From a bacterium (GTDB lineage Bacteria; Zhuqueibacterota; Zhuqueibacteria; Residuimicrobiales; Krinioviventaceae): a stretch of DNA of 64,000 nucleotides. This document shows positions 29,851 to 40,562 of this stretch, one piece after another. Each line of letters begins with the position of its first letter. The stretch's first letter is position 1. Location of the stretch: the NCBI GenBank assembly GCA_963675755.2, contig CAXXMD010000002.1, forward strand, positions 1,600,001-1,664,000, written 5' to 3'. A model generated the notes under the pieces. That model saw only the letters and a list, made by a program, of their open reading frames with translations, searched no databases and was not told the origin of the DNA. A program made the translations under genes and the position numbers.

Positions 29851-29939
29851 AAATTGGTTCTGTTTTTGAATTCATTTTGGTTTTTTACAAAATTATTATA
29901 AATTGAATTAATTCATTTATATTCACCGGAGGAAACGGT

Positions 29940-30473
29940 ATGAAAAGCCACTTTATATTTACATTATCTGGTCCGGACAGGATAGGTATTGTTGAAGAAA
30001 TCACTTCTATTATTTTAAAATACAATGGAAATGTAGATGCCAGCAAGATGGCACATCTGGGCGGAGAATTTGCTATACTTACACTAGTATCCGTACCCAC
30101 TGAAAAGCGGGACGAATTACAGCAGGAACTGGAAAAACTGAGTAATAAAGGTTTTCTGGTTGCTTTTAAAAATACAGAACCCGATGGTGAACAGAAATAC
30201 AAAGGCTGGCTTCCCTATCGCATACAAGTACATGGTGCGGACCATGAAGGTATTATCCATAATATTACCCGCCACCTTGCAGGTTCAGGGATCAACATTG
30301 AAAACATGGATACCAGTATGGTTCAAGCCCCAATGAGCGGCACCCCACTTTTTACGATGAACGCGGTTGTTGTTGTTCCACCCAACTTGTCATACAATAC
30401 CTGGAACGCCCAACTTTTTAAAGTATGTGACGAGGTAAATGTAAATTGTGATGTAACCCCTTATATGGGTTAG
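29940..30473 (+). CDS. GcvR-like double ACT-domain protein
   Basis: Two ACT domains: GPDRIGIV and GADHEGII; 'APMSGTPLFTM'. Confidence 0.85.
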   Translation: MKSHFIFTLSGPDRIGIVEEITSIILKYNGNVDASKMAHLGGEFAILTLVSVPTEKRDELQQELEKLSNKGFLVAFKNTEPDGEQKYKGWLPYRIQVHGADHEGIIHNITRHLAGSGINIENMDTSMVQAPMSGTPLFTMNAVVVVPPNLSYNTWNAQLFKVCDEVNVNCDVTPYMG

Positions 30474-30476
30474 GCA

Positions 30477-31643
30477 TCAATCCCTTTTTACACATCTAAA
30501 TCCCAAACCTGTTCCGCCAGCATTAGGGGCGCCCCCGCCTCTGTATGCAAGTAAAGAAACCGGTTTGTCGGGATCAATACCGGTACTCCATGCCCCACCT
30601 CTTATAACTTTGGCGGTCCCCGCTTTGGGACCTTGAGGGTCATTCAGGATCAGCTGTTTATAATAATCAGCATCATACCAGTCATTACACCATTCCGACA
30701 CATTGCCATTCATATCATAAATTCCCAGTTCATTGGGCTCCAAATGGCCAACCGGGCGAGTTGCAACAACTCCCTGAGCTCCATTTATGTTAAACCAGGC
30801 AACATCCATCCAGTTATCGCTACCGCTGTAAAAATAATTCTTGCTCATTTCACCGCCACGGGCCGCATATTCCCATTGGGCTTCAGTAGGGAGGTCTTTA
30901 CCATAATACTTTGCATACATTTTGGCCCCAAACCACGTTACATAAGCCACTGGATAAGATTCTTTTCCTTTATCGATAATAAATTTACCTTTTTCAAAGC
31001 AAAAATGATGAGGGAAATACCCAAACCAATAATCCCTGGCAACTAAAAAGACACCATCATGTGTAATATCTCCAAAATTATGCTCAATCAATCCTTCGGC
31101 ATAAGCCTGATTCAAAAACCTCACAAACTGCGCGTTGGTTACTTTATATTTATCCATATAAAAGCTTGAAATATGAACTTGATGCACAGGCTTGCAATTG
31201 TCCCGTCCATTTTCATCTCCCATAAAAAAATATCCCGCGCTAATAAATACCATTTCATCAGGATCATGCAATTCAATCTCAAGTGTGGTTGATTGCCCGT
31301 CGCTAACTTTGACATTACGTTGAACGCCAAAATACACCAAGGTACTGTCAATTATATAGTTTACAGCAACAACATATCTGTCACCTTTGGGAACAATCAG
31401 ACTCCCCTCAAAATGATCGCCCCTGTCGGAGAGCTCTATTTCTGCAATTTTATTATAAACATCAGAAGTTACAATGACCTCAATTTTTGAGTTACTCGAC
31501 AAACCCTTATCAAGCTGGCCATTGAGTGAAGATGGGAAAACCAGATCTAGCGCCAGGCTGCCGCCTAATTCAGGTTCTAAAGCAGTATTTTGACACCCTG
31601 ACATAACAACCAGTATAATCGCTGCTAAAAGTATGTTTCTCAA
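30477..31643 (-). CDS. Lipoprotein: N-terminal beta domain + FGE-type domain
   Basis: Lipobox MSGC; LPTEAQWEYAARGG, DMNGNVSEWC, GFRC. Confidence 0.85.
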   Translation of the reverse strand: MRNILLAAIILVVMSGCQNTALEPELGGSLALDLVFPSSLNGQLDKGLSSNSKIEVIVTSDVYNKIAEIELSDRGDHFEGSLIVPKGDRYVVAVNYIIDSTLVYFGVQRNVKVSDGQSTTLEIELHDPDEMVFISAGYFFMGDENGRDNCKPVHQVHISSFYMDKYKVTNAQFVRFLNQAYAEGLIEHNFGDITHDGVFLVARDYWFGYFPHHFCFEKGKFIIDKGKESYPVAYVTWFGAKMYAKYYGKDLPTEAQWEYAARGGEMSKNYFYSGSDNWMDVAWFNINGAQGVVATRPVGHLEPNELGIYDMNGNVSEWCNDWYDADYYKQLILNDPQGPKAGTAKVIRGGAWSTGIDPDKPVSLLAYRGGGAPNAGGTGLGFRCVKRD

Positions 31644-31666
31644 TCCCCCTCAGAATTTTATAAAAA

Positions 31667-32884
31667 TTATAAATCATTTTTAATACAACGGAATCCCCAA
31701 TATTGCGTACCACTCGAAGGACCTGTTGCACTACGGTATGTTACATGGAATACAGAATAATCTTCTTCTCCCATCTGGCTTTCTCTATATTTGTCATACC
31801 AATTACCTCCTCGAAGCACTTTTGATCGGCCCTCTTCAGGACCTTGGGGATTGTAGAAAGGACTGCTGTTGTAATAATCTGCATTGTACCAGTCACTACA
31901 CCATTCAGAAAGGTTACCGCTCATATCATGAATACCAAGTTCATTTGGGTCAAGATGCCCAACAGGCCTTGTTAAACAATGAGAATCGATAGAACTTACT
32001 TTGAACCAGCCAACATCAAGCCAGTTATTACTACCACTGTAATCATAATAGTGTGACTGTTCACCTCCACGAGCAGCATATTCCCATTGTGCTTCGGTGG
32101 GCAGCTCCTTGCCATAATATTCTGCATAACACCTGGCGCCATACCAGGTCACAAATGCTACAGGATTGGATTCTTTATAAGGAACGACAACAAATTTACC
32201 ATTATCAAAATGGTATTGGTGAAGTTTATATCCATAATAGTAATCTTTTCTCACCAAAGGAATTCCGTCTTTGCTGATATCACCACTGGCAGTACATTGA
32301 ATGTAACCATTTGAATACGCCTCATTCAAAAACCTTGTAAATTGTGCATTGGTCACTTCATATTTATCGATATAAAATCCATCAATATGTACAGAATGTA
32401 CGGGTTGTGCATTATCCAGGCCATCTTCATTCCCCATAAAGAACTCACCTGAGCTCACAAAAACCATTTCATCGGGATCATTCAGCGTTATTTCAACCAT
32501 TTGTGCACTGCTGTTTTTGATTTTTATATTCCGCCTGACTCCGAAATATACCAGTTTGTCATCCACAAAATAGTTCACAGAAACAATATAATCATCGCCT
32601 TTGGGTACAATGATTGTCCCCTTGTATGCGTCTCCGACATCAACAAGTTCTGCTTCAGCAACTTTATTATATGCGGTAGAAGTCACCAATACCTGAATTT
32701 TTATTTCATCTGCTGCTTGTTTATCGAGATGGGTATTTTGTGATTCGGGGAATGTCAATTTTACAACCAGACTGCCCCCGTCAATATCCGGTCCGGTCGG
32801 GTCATTTTTCTGACACGATAAATATCCGAGTAAAGAAACAAATAAAATTATTATTGTGCTTAACCTGATAACATTCATACCCAC
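31667..32884 (-). CDS. Lipoprotein paralog: N-terminal beta domain + FGE-type domain
   Basis: Lipobox YLSC; same architecture as 30477..31643. Confidence 0.85.
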   Translation of the reverse strand: MGMNVIRLSTIIILFVSLLGYLSCQKNDPTGPDIDGGSLVVKLTFPESQNTHLDKQAADEIKIQVLVTSTAYNKVAEAELVDVGDAYKGTIIVPKGDDYIVSVNYFVDDKLVYFGVRRNIKIKNSSAQMVEITLNDPDEMVFVSSGEFFMGNEDGLDNAQPVHSVHIDGFYIDKYEVTNAQFTRFLNEAYSNGYIQCTASGDISKDGIPLVRKDYYYGYKLHQYHFDNGKFVVVPYKESNPVAFVTWYGARCYAEYYGKELPTEAQWEYAARGGEQSHYYDYSGSNNWLDVGWFKVSSIDSHCLTRPVGHLDPNELGIHDMSGNLSEWCSDWYNADYYNSSPFYNPQGPEEGRSKVLRGGNWYDKYRESQMGEEDYSVFHVTYRSATGPSSGTQYWGFRCIKNDL

Positions 32885-32887
32885 CCC

Positions 32888-33907
32888 CTATTCATTAACT
32901 TTGGGTACAATAACTGTAATTCTACCTTCACCGGGATCATCGTAATTTAAAGAAAAGCCGTCAGTTGCAAAATAAGCCACGCCATAACAAGTCCCCAACG
33001 TTGTTAGGGTTACCCAGTACCATGCAAGTCCTTCCTCCTCTTCCTCATAAGTCAACAATGCAGCGTTAATACCTTTCAATGGCTCCATATTGATATCCCG
33101 AAGCAACGTGTCATTTTCAGCGATTTTCAGTTTATCATTTATAGTTTTAAATCCATTCCGCTTTACGGTTAAATCATATTCACCAACAGGCAAATCTGTA
33201 AATATATATGTACCGGTGGATGCAAAATAATCTTTATCGGCATTAATCAATTCCACCTTGGCATCTTTGGGAAAAGTTGTAATATCTAACCGCCCTGTCT
33301 TGAGCTTGGGAAAAAGGCTGATCTCCAGATCATCATTGGGCTTTATTAATAGGGTTATCTCTTCCGGTACCGCATTTTCCATTTCTGCACGCAGTGTAAT
33401 TTGAGAAGGCAGTAATTCTATATTTTGTAATTCTGTTTGCAGCTTTCCATCAAGATAAACAACCGCCCCTGGCCGGGTAGAAATACTCAATTTTGCGGTT
33501 TGATTCTGTGCTTCAATAGGATTCTGTCCAGTTAAACTGGCATTTATAATTGCCAATTGCACAACTACAAGCTCGTCTAGTTGTATATTATAATCCATAA
33601 ATGGAATAACCAAAGGATTAAACTCGGGGTGCATAATTTTAAGATAACGTTCATCTGGCGATAGATAAACTATCTCCATTCCATTATGCACTTCAACCTT
33701 TACGGCACCCCTGGCACATTCGTATTGCAGGTTGTCAATATCGGTAAGAATTTGTACCGCCGCGCACAAACGATTTTGGACATCTCTGACCTGGGAAATA
33801 TTGGCTTGAATTTGCTCAGGTCCCCGAATAATCTTGAAATCTGACAACTGGGCAAAAATAACTATTGGAAGAAATAAAACACAACATACAAAACATAGCC
33901 GTTTCAT
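32888..33907 (-). CDS. PEGA-domain protein with a C-terminal hydrophobic segment and terminal beta-strand
   Basis: Signal peptide; 'LSISTRPGAVVYLDG' and 'GRLDITTFPKDAKV...LPVGEYDLTVKRNGF' PEGA repeats; WYWVTLTTLGTCYGVAYFA followed by GEGRITVIVP. Confidence 0.78.
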   Translation of the reverse strand: MKRLCFVCCVLFLPIVIFAQLSDFKIIRGPEQIQANISQVRDVQNRLCAAVQILTDIDNLQYECARGAVKVEVHNGMEIVYLSPDERYLKIMHPEFNPLVIPFMDYNIQLDELVVVQLAIINASLTGQNPIEAQNQTAKLSISTRPGAVVYLDGKLQTELQNIELLPSQITLRAEMENAVPEEITLLIKPNDDLEISLFPKLKTGRLDITTFPKDAKVELINADKDYFASTGTYIFTDLPVGEYDLTVKRNGFKTINDKLKIAENDTLLRDINMEPLKGINAALLTYEEEEEGLAWYWVTLTTLGTCYGVAYFATDGFSLNYDDPGEGRITVIVPKVNE

Positions 33908-33998
33908 AATTACCCCTTGTATTTTACGACTAGAAATTAAAAATGTGACCTTCCCTTTTTGATTATATCAAATAAATTCAAATAAATCAAGAATAATT

Positions 33999-34032
33999 AA
34001 AAAAAAGCCCTGCCGTTTTGCCAGCAGGGCTT
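33999..34032 (-). terminator. Rho-independent terminator (same stem as 38247-38280)
   Basis: Minus strand AAGCCCTGCTGG-loop-CGGCAGGGCTTTTTTTT. Confidence 0.85.
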
Positions 34033-34053
34033 AACATTTACCATATTTTTATT

Positions 34054-37000
34054 CTATTTCATCAAAATCATACGTCGTGTTTGAGAAAATTCACCCGTCT
34101 TTATTCGATAAAAATAGAGTCCGGTAGCTACCCGTTCACCGTTTGAATTTGTACCATCCCACACAAAGCTGTGATAGCCTGCACGTTGAGTGGTATTTGT
34201 CAATTGTTTAACCAGGTTTCCATTTATATTAAACACATCCAGTGTTACGTGTGCCTGTTCTGGTAACGCGTATTTTATAACAGTTACCGGATTAAATGGA
34301 TTGGGATAATTCTGATACAAGGTATAATCCGTTATAATAGCATTTTCATCATCATCTACAGATACTATTACCGATGAATCTAAAGTCATACCGCTATTTT
34401 TTACATCAGCATGAAATCTGGGCCATGGAGTATCTGCCAGGCCTTCACTGATTGTTTGCAGTGCATAAAAATAACCATCCATTGAACCGGCATACAAACT
34501 GCCATCACTCAGCAGGACTGGTGAAGCAAGACTGAATGCACTATCTGCTTTGAATGACCATAACAATGCTCCCCTGGGATCCAGGGCATAAATAGAGTTA
34601 TCAAAAGAAGCTGTGTATACTGTACTGTCAGCTCCAACCATTACAGACCTGACAGGCCCCTCCGTTTTATACGACCATAATAGCGAGCCATCAGCATTAA
34701 TGACATACATTGTACTGTCATCCGATCCCACACAAACAATGCCACCATATTGTATAACAGGTGATGATTTGACAGGTCCGTCAGTTGCATATGACCACTT
34801 TAATGATCCATCAGCATTGATTGCATACAGATTTCCATCATCAGATCCCACATAGATAACACTGTTTTCACCTATTGCAGGTGATGACTGAACAGGTGCT
34901 GTTGTCTCGTATTTGAATAACAATTCTCCCAGAGGTGAAAATGCATATAACAAGTTGTCAGCAGAGCCTACATATACATTACCATACTTGCCAATTGCAG
35001 CAGAGGATGTTATTGCACCATCAGTTTTATAAGACCAGTTTAAAGAACCATCCGCATTTAGTGCGTAAAAAGTACTGTCCTGAGATCCTACATAGATATT
35101 ACCATCCGGAAAAATTGCAGGTGTTGCCGTTACTTTATCATTTGTTTCAAAACTCCAGTTCAGCGAGCCATCAGGGTTCAATGCGTATATATTATTATCA
35201 CTTGACCCCATATAAATGGCCTCATCTGCACCTATGACCGGGGCAGTAAGCAAAGAATCACTTATATTTTCAAACCATTGCTCTGCCCCATCAGGATGCA
35301 TTGCATGCACTATTCCATTCGTGTCTGTAAAAACCAGCGTCGTATCGTTCAAAACCGCAGGAGAAGTAGAAATGCTGTGATCTATCTGACAAGACCAGAG
35401 TTGATTGGTATAATTTATAACCACAACCGTAGAATTTGCGCCATCATCCATGTCTGTTACCGTTAACAAATATTTGTACTCACCATACACAGAATTCAAA
35501 AAAGTAACTGTAGGATTAGCAAGCGTAGAATCAGAAATTTCTACCAGACCGCCTTCAGGCTGGTCAATTAAACTCCAGGCAAAATACAGATCATCACCAT
35601 CAAAATCCGTTGATGCGCTGGCGTCAAGGGTTACAGTTTCACCAATCTTTGCCGTTATATAATCATTTTCCACTTGAGCTACCGGAACATAGAGATTTTC
35701 AACATTGGATGTGTTGGCATTGTTTTGACCAAATGTGGGCCAGGAACTTTTTGCAAGTCCCATGCTTTCAGTTTCAAGAGCGTATATTTTTTCGTCACGT
35801 GTTCCAAAATATAATTTACCGTCATCACTAAGACACAAAGGTACATCAATAGTATTTTCTGCCTGATATTTCCATTTCAATGAACCATTAGGATTCAACG
35901 CATACAAAAACATGTCTCGAGACCCAAAGTAAATGGTTCCATCTGCTCCAATTGTGGGTGTACTCCAACTCATGCGAGGAGTTTTAAAACTCCAGCGAAA
36001 ACCTCCATCGGCATTCAATGCATGAAAATAATTATCATCCGCATATAAGTAAATAGCTCCATCTGTATCAATTACAGGAAACCCAATATCTCCAGTAGAT
36101 CCATCAACCTGTCTGTTCCATAAAAGCTCTCCATCAGGCGTAAAAGATGCAACTTTACTTACACTATTATAGCCTATACTTATAATTATAGAACCATCAG
36201 CGGCAATAGCAGGTGCAGTTGAAAGAAATCCACCAATCTCGTAAGACCAATATAGAGATCCATCTTTATTTAATGCGTATACTGTTTCTTGCGATGCACA
36301 GAAATAAATTTTACCATTAAACCCAATTGATGGTGATGATCTAATACCACTGATTGCTTTAAACTTCCATTTCAAGCTGCCATCAGCATTAATAGCATAC
36401 AAATATTCATCATCACAACCAAAATACAAAGTACCATCTGAATCAATCGCCACATGACTTCTAATTTGATCATCAACTTGAAATGTCCATAATAGATTAC
36501 CATCAGAGTTTACCGCATACAACTTGCCCGGGTATGTAATGAAATAAACAATCCCATCAGAACTGATAGACGGTGCATAATAGCTTCTCTCTGAGGCTTT
36601 ATACTTCCAAATCAAACTTCCATCAGGGTTTAATTTATAGAGAAAACTGTCAGATGAGCAGCAATATATTGATCCATCGTTATCAAGTGCAGTCGAAGAA
36701 TAGATATTATCAGTGGTACCAAATCTCCACAATAAATTACCATAATCAATATAAACATGATTATAGCTTTTATTCCCATCTGCATCAGTTACAGTTAATC
36801 GGATCTTGTACAATCCGTAAACATTTGTATCCAGCATAAAATTAGAAACTGCGGATTGAGGATCGCTAATATCAACCTTACCACCATCGGGTAAACTAGT
36901 GACTGTCCATTCAAACTGCAACTCGTTACCATCAGGATCAAATGAACCACTACCATCAAATTCAACACTGGAATGAGGATCTGCGTGGATGGTATCAACT

Positions 37001-38136
37001 GAGGTAACAACACGTGGAAATTCGTTATTTTCATTACTCCCCGTATTTGCACTGTTTTGTCGCATAGCCGGCCAGGGTGTATCTGCCAGTCCTGCACTTG
37101 AACAGTTGACAGCATACAAAGTGCTATCAGAAGAACCTATATACAGTGTGCTGTCAGAAGAAAGATTCAAACTGTTGCCGGGAGTACCTCCCAATTCACA
37201 GTCCCAAAGTTTGGTGCCATTTATATCAACTGCAAACAGATTACCGCTATCTGTAACATTGTACAGAACCCGATCTTCACCCATGGCTGAACAAAGTACG
37301 ATACCATCTGTATCCATAGACCATTTTTCATTACCTATAGGATCCAGTGCATAATACATACTAGTACCGGTACCAAAATATATATTGTTATGATTATCAA
37401 GAATTGGGACAGTGTACATTTTCCCTTGCCTAAAATTTTTATCAAACTCTTCACCATAAGGATAAAAAATGTTTAATTTGGCGCCCCATGATCCAATATG
37501 TAAACGTCCATCTAAAGCAATTGCAGGACAAATACCAGGTTTATAAAGAAAACGAAAAGTCCAACTCAGCGTGCCATCAAAATTTAAAGCATAGAGATAA
37601 TATGAATCAGATTGTACATAAATAGTTCCATCCGGACCGATAGATGGTGTATGAACAACTCCATCTACATAATACTTCCATTCTAAATTCCCATCAAGGT
37701 CAAACGCATAGAGGTAAAAATCGTTAGATCCTATAAATATATAGCCCTCTTTACTGATTGCGGGTGAGGTACAAATTGCACCATTGGTTTTATAATTCCA
37801 CTTTAAAGAGCTGTCTTTGTTCAAAGCATAAACATTACCATCTTTGGAACCAAAGTAAATTGTCCCCTCGGAATCGATTGCAGGCGAATTTTTCACCGAG
37901 TCACCAGCCTGATATTTCCATAACAAGGTACCATCCGGATTTATAGCATACAAATGGTCATCACTTCCTACATAAATAGTCCCATCCTCAGCAATTGCCG
38001 GAGGAGATTGAATTGCACCTTCTGTTTTGAACTGCCATTTAATTGTTCCCGGTTCCTGGGCAAACAAAACCATTCCAGGCACGAATAAGCAGAATAACAG
38101 AATAGAAACTGTTCCATAGCAAAAACGCTTCATCAT
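34054..38136 (-). CDS. Secreted protein with three PQQ-like (BamB-type) beta-propellers, two PKD-like domains and a FlgD-Ig C-terminal sorting domain
   Basis: Many SSPAIxxDGTIYVGSxDxxLYA(I/L)NxDGSLKW repeats in three blocks, each ending in xPWP/SSWP; YQNYPNPFNP...RRMILMK tail. Confidence 0.88.
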   Translation of the reverse strand: MMKRFCYGTVSILLFCLFVPGMVLFAQEPGTIKWQFKTEGAIQSPPAIAEDGTIYVGSDDHLYAINPDGTLLWKYQAGDSVKNSPAIDSEGTIYFGSKDGNVYALNKDSSLKWNYKTNGAICTSPAISKEGYIFIGSNDFYLYAFDLDGNLEWKYYVDGVVHTPSIGPDGTIYVQSDSYYLYALNFDGTLSWTFRFLYKPGICPAIALDGRLHIGSWGAKLNIFYPYGEEFDKNFRQGKMYTVPILDNHNNIYFGTGTSMYYALDPIGNEKWSMDTDGIVLCSAMGEDRVLYNVTDSGNLFAVDINGTKLWDCELGGTPGNSLNLSSDSTLYIGSSDSTLYAVNCSSAGLADTPWPAMRQNSANTGSNENNEFPRVVTSVDTIHADPHSSVEFDGSGSFDPDGNELQFEWTVTSLPDGGKVDISDPQSAVSNFMLDTNVYGLYKIRLTVTDADGNKSYNHVYIDYGNLLWRFGTTDNIYSSTALDNDGSIYCCSSDSFLYKLNPDGSLIWKYKASERSYYAPSISSDGIVYFITYPGKLYAVNSDGNLLWTFQVDDQIRSHVAIDSDGTLYFGCDDEYLYAINADGSLKWKFKAISGIRSSPSIGFNGKIYFCASQETVYALNKDGSLYWSYEIGGFLSTAPAIAADGSIIISIGYNSVSKVASFTPDGELLWNRQVDGSTGDIGFPVIDTDGAIYLYADDNYFHALNADGGFRWSFKTPRMSWSTPTIGADGTIYFGSRDMFLYALNPNGSLKWKYQAENTIDVPLCLSDDGKLYFGTRDEKIYALETESMGLAKSSWPTFGQNNANTSNVENLYVPVAQVENDYITAKIGETVTLDASASTDFDGDDLYFAWSLIDQPEGGLVEISDSTLANPTVTFLNSVYGEYKYLLTVTDMDDGANSTVVVINYTNQLWSCQIDHSISTSPAVLNDTTLVFTDTNGIVHAMHPDGAEQWFENISDSLLTAPVIGADEAIYMGSSDNNIYALNPDGSLNWSFETNDKVTATPAIFPDGNIYVGSQDSTFYALNADGSLNWSYKTDGAITSSAAIGKYGNVYVGSADNLLYAFSPLGELLFKYETTAPVQSSPAIGENSVIYVGSDDGNLYAINADGSLKWSYATDGPVKSSPVIQYGGIVCVGSDDSTMYVINADGSLLWSYKTEGPVRSVMVGADSTVYTASFDNSIYALDPRGALLWSFKADSAFSLASPVLLSDGSLYAGSMDGYFYALQTISEGLADTPWPRFHADVKNSGMTLDSSVIVSVDDDENAIITDYTLYQNYPNPFNPVTVIKYALPEQAHVTLDVFNINGNLVKQLTNTTQRAGYHSFVWDGTNSNGERVATGLYFYRIKTGEFSQTRRMILMK

Positions 38137-38246
38137 CGCATTTCCCCTGTTTTTAAATTTTATTGATTCGAGTTTCGCCTGTGGAAATCCCCACCAGCAT
38201 GATATGTTGTAGAATTAAATTACAAAATTAATCCAAAGTTCCAAAT

Positions 38247-38280
38247 AAAAAAAAGCCCTGCCGGTAAACCAGCAGGGCTT
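38247..38280 (-). terminator. Rho-independent terminator of hppA
   Basis: Minus strand AAGCCCTGCTGGTTTACCGGCAGGGCTTTTTTTT. Confidence 0.85.
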
Positions 38281-38306
38281 GTATATTCTATATATAAATA
38301 TGAATA

Positions 38307-40514
38307 TTACAGTAATGAGAAAGCTACAGTCAAACCAGCCATTACAATTGAAACCATACTCATCAATTTGATAAGGATGTTCAAGCTAGGACCTGAGGTA
38401 TCTTTGAAAGGATCACCTACAGTGTCACCAGTAACAGCAGCTTTGTGAGCTTCGGAACCTTTACCGCCATGAGCGCCAGATTCGATGTATTTTTTAGCAT
38501 TGTCCCATGAACCACCTGCATTAGCCATAAACACAGCCAATACAAAACCAGCAGCCAAGCCACCAGTCAACAGTCCCATAACACCAGCTACACCAAAGAT
38601 CAAACCGGTCAAAATAGGAGCTGCAATAGCGAGCAATGAAGGAATCAACATTTCGCGCTGTGCGCCTTTGGTAGAGATAGCAACACAAGAAGCGTAATCA
38701 GGTTCGGTTTCACCTTCCATAATACCTTTGATTTCGCGGAACTGACGACGTACTTCTTCAACCATAGATTGAGCAGCACGACCTACAGCGTTCATTGTCA
38801 AACCACAGAACATAAAGGCCATCATAGATCCAATGAACATACCCATCAATACTTTGGGGTTCATCAGGTGAACATCGTAATTATGCATAAAATCGATCAA
38901 AGTAAGTTTGGAAACATCTACTACAGATTCCAAAGACAAACCATTGGGGAATGTAAAAGTACCCGTATTTTCTACGATACGAACAATACCAATTTTCAAT
39001 TCTTCAATATAAGAAGCCAACAAGGCCAATGCAGTCAATGCAGCAGAACCGATTGCAAAACCTTTACCGGTTGCAGCTGTGGTGTTACCCAGTGAATCGA
39101 GAGCATCAGTACGTTTACGTACCTCTGGTCCAAGACCGCTCATTTCAGCGTTACCACCTGCATTATCAGCAATTGGACCATAAGCATCAGTTGCCAAAGT
39201 AATACCCAGTGTAGAAAGCATACCTACAGCAGCAATACCAATACCGTAAAGACCCAATGATAAATCAGTCATATCAAACCGTGCTGCAGTCAAAAAAGCC
39301 AGTATGGTACCCACAACAATGGTCAATACCGGGAAAGCGGTAGAGAACATACCGGTACCGATTCCTGAAATAATAACAGTTGCAGGGCCGGTTTCGGCGC
39401 TGGCTGCAATACCACGGGTTGGTTTATATGCTTCAGAAGTAAAATATTCAGTTTCTTTACCAATCAACCATCCGGTTAACAGACCCACAACGATTGAGCC
39501 CCAGAGGCCCCAAACATTTGGAATTCCAAGAACCTGGAGGATAACCCATGAAAGGATAATGATTAACAATGAAGAAAGATCAACACCTTTACCCAAAGCA
39601 CCCAACAATTGTTTCTGTGTTGCGTTTTCTTTGGTACGAACTGCAAAAATACCAACGATAGATAACAAAGTACCTACAGCAGCGATCAACATGGGAGCCA
39701 ATACAGCTTTTAACTGCAAATCGCCCTGATGCATAAAAGCAGCAGCACCCAAAGCAGCAGTAGCCAAAACAGAACCAGCATAAGATTCATACAAGTCTGC
39801 ACCCATACCAGCAACGTCACCAACATTGTCACCAACATTATCAGCGATGGTAGCAGGGTTACGAGGATCATCTTCAGGAATACCAGCTTCAACTTTACCT
39901 ACCAGGTCAGCGCCAACGTCAGCAGCTTTGGTATAAATACCACCACCAACACGTGCAAACAATGCCTGGGTAGAAGCACCCATACCAAAAGTAAGCATAG
40001 TGGTTGTGATAACAACAAGTTTATGACCAGGATCAGATTCAGGAATCAATGCGGTAAGAACGATGAACCACAATGCAATATCCAAAAGTGCCAAACCTAC
40101 AACAACCAGACCCATAACAGCACCTGAACGGAAAGCAACCTGCAATCCTTTATTCAGAGACTTTTGAGCAGCGTTAGCAGTACGAGCACTTGCATATGTA
40201 GCGGTTTTCATTCCAAAAAAACCAGCCAAACCGGAAAAGAAACCACCGGTCAAAAATGCAAACCATACAAAACCATTTTGATATCCACCAAAAGCCATAA
40301 GAGCAAATAAAGCGGTCAAAACAGCAAAAACAATTGTTACAACTTTATATTGTTGTGTGAGGTAAGCCATAGCGCCAGTACGTACGTGCTGAGCGATTTC
40401 TTTCATGCGGTCTGTACCTTCGTCTTCGGCCATTAATTTTTTGAAAAAATACCAGGCAAATCCAAGAGCTAGCACAGAAGCGATAGGAACAATCCAAAAA
40501 AGATTATTAGACAT
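38307..40514 (-). CDS. hppA: K+-dependent membrane-integral pyrophosphatase, likely Na+ or Na+/H+ translocating
   Basis: [26 protein letters not shown] (Ala = K+-dependent type), [14 protein letters not shown]. Confidence 0.95.
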   Translation of the reverse strand: MSNNLFWIVPIASVLALGFAWYFFKKLMAEDEGTDRMKEIAQHVRTGAMAYLTQQYKVVTIVFAVLTALFALMAFGGYQNGFVWFAFLTGGFFSGLAGFFGMKTATYASARTANAAQKSLNKGLQVAFRSGAVMGLVVVGLALLDIALWFIVLTALIPESDPGHKLVVITTTMLTFGMGASTQALFARVGGGIYTKAADVGADLVGKVEAGIPEDDPRNPATIADNVGDNVGDVAGMGADLYESYAGSVLATAALGAAAFMHQGDLQLKAVLAPMLIAAVGTLLSIVGIFAVRTKENATQKQLLGALGKGVDLSSLLIIILSWVILQVLGIPNVWGLWGSIVVGLLTGWLIGKETEYFTSEAYKPTRGIAASAETGPATVIISGIGTGMFSTAFPVLTIVVGTILAFLTAARFDMTDLSLGLYGIGIAAVGMLSTLGITLATDAYGPIADNAGGNAEMSGLGPEVRKRTDALDSLGNTTAATGKGFAIGSAALTALALLASYIEELKIGIVRIVENTGTFTFPNGLSLESVVDVSKLTLIDFMHNYDVHLMNPKVLMGMFIGSMMAFMFCGLTMNAVGRAAQSMVEEVRRQFREIKGIMEGETEPDYASCVAISTKGAQREMLIPSLLAIAAPILTGLIFGVAGVMGLLTGGLAAGFVLAVFMANAGGSWDNAKKYIESGAHGGKGSEAHKAAVTGDTVGDPFKDTSGPSLNILIKLMSMVSIVMAGLTVAFSLL

Positions 40515-40562
40515 CTCCTCTCCTTATAAGATTAGTGTGAGTTATATATATTAAAATATTTG

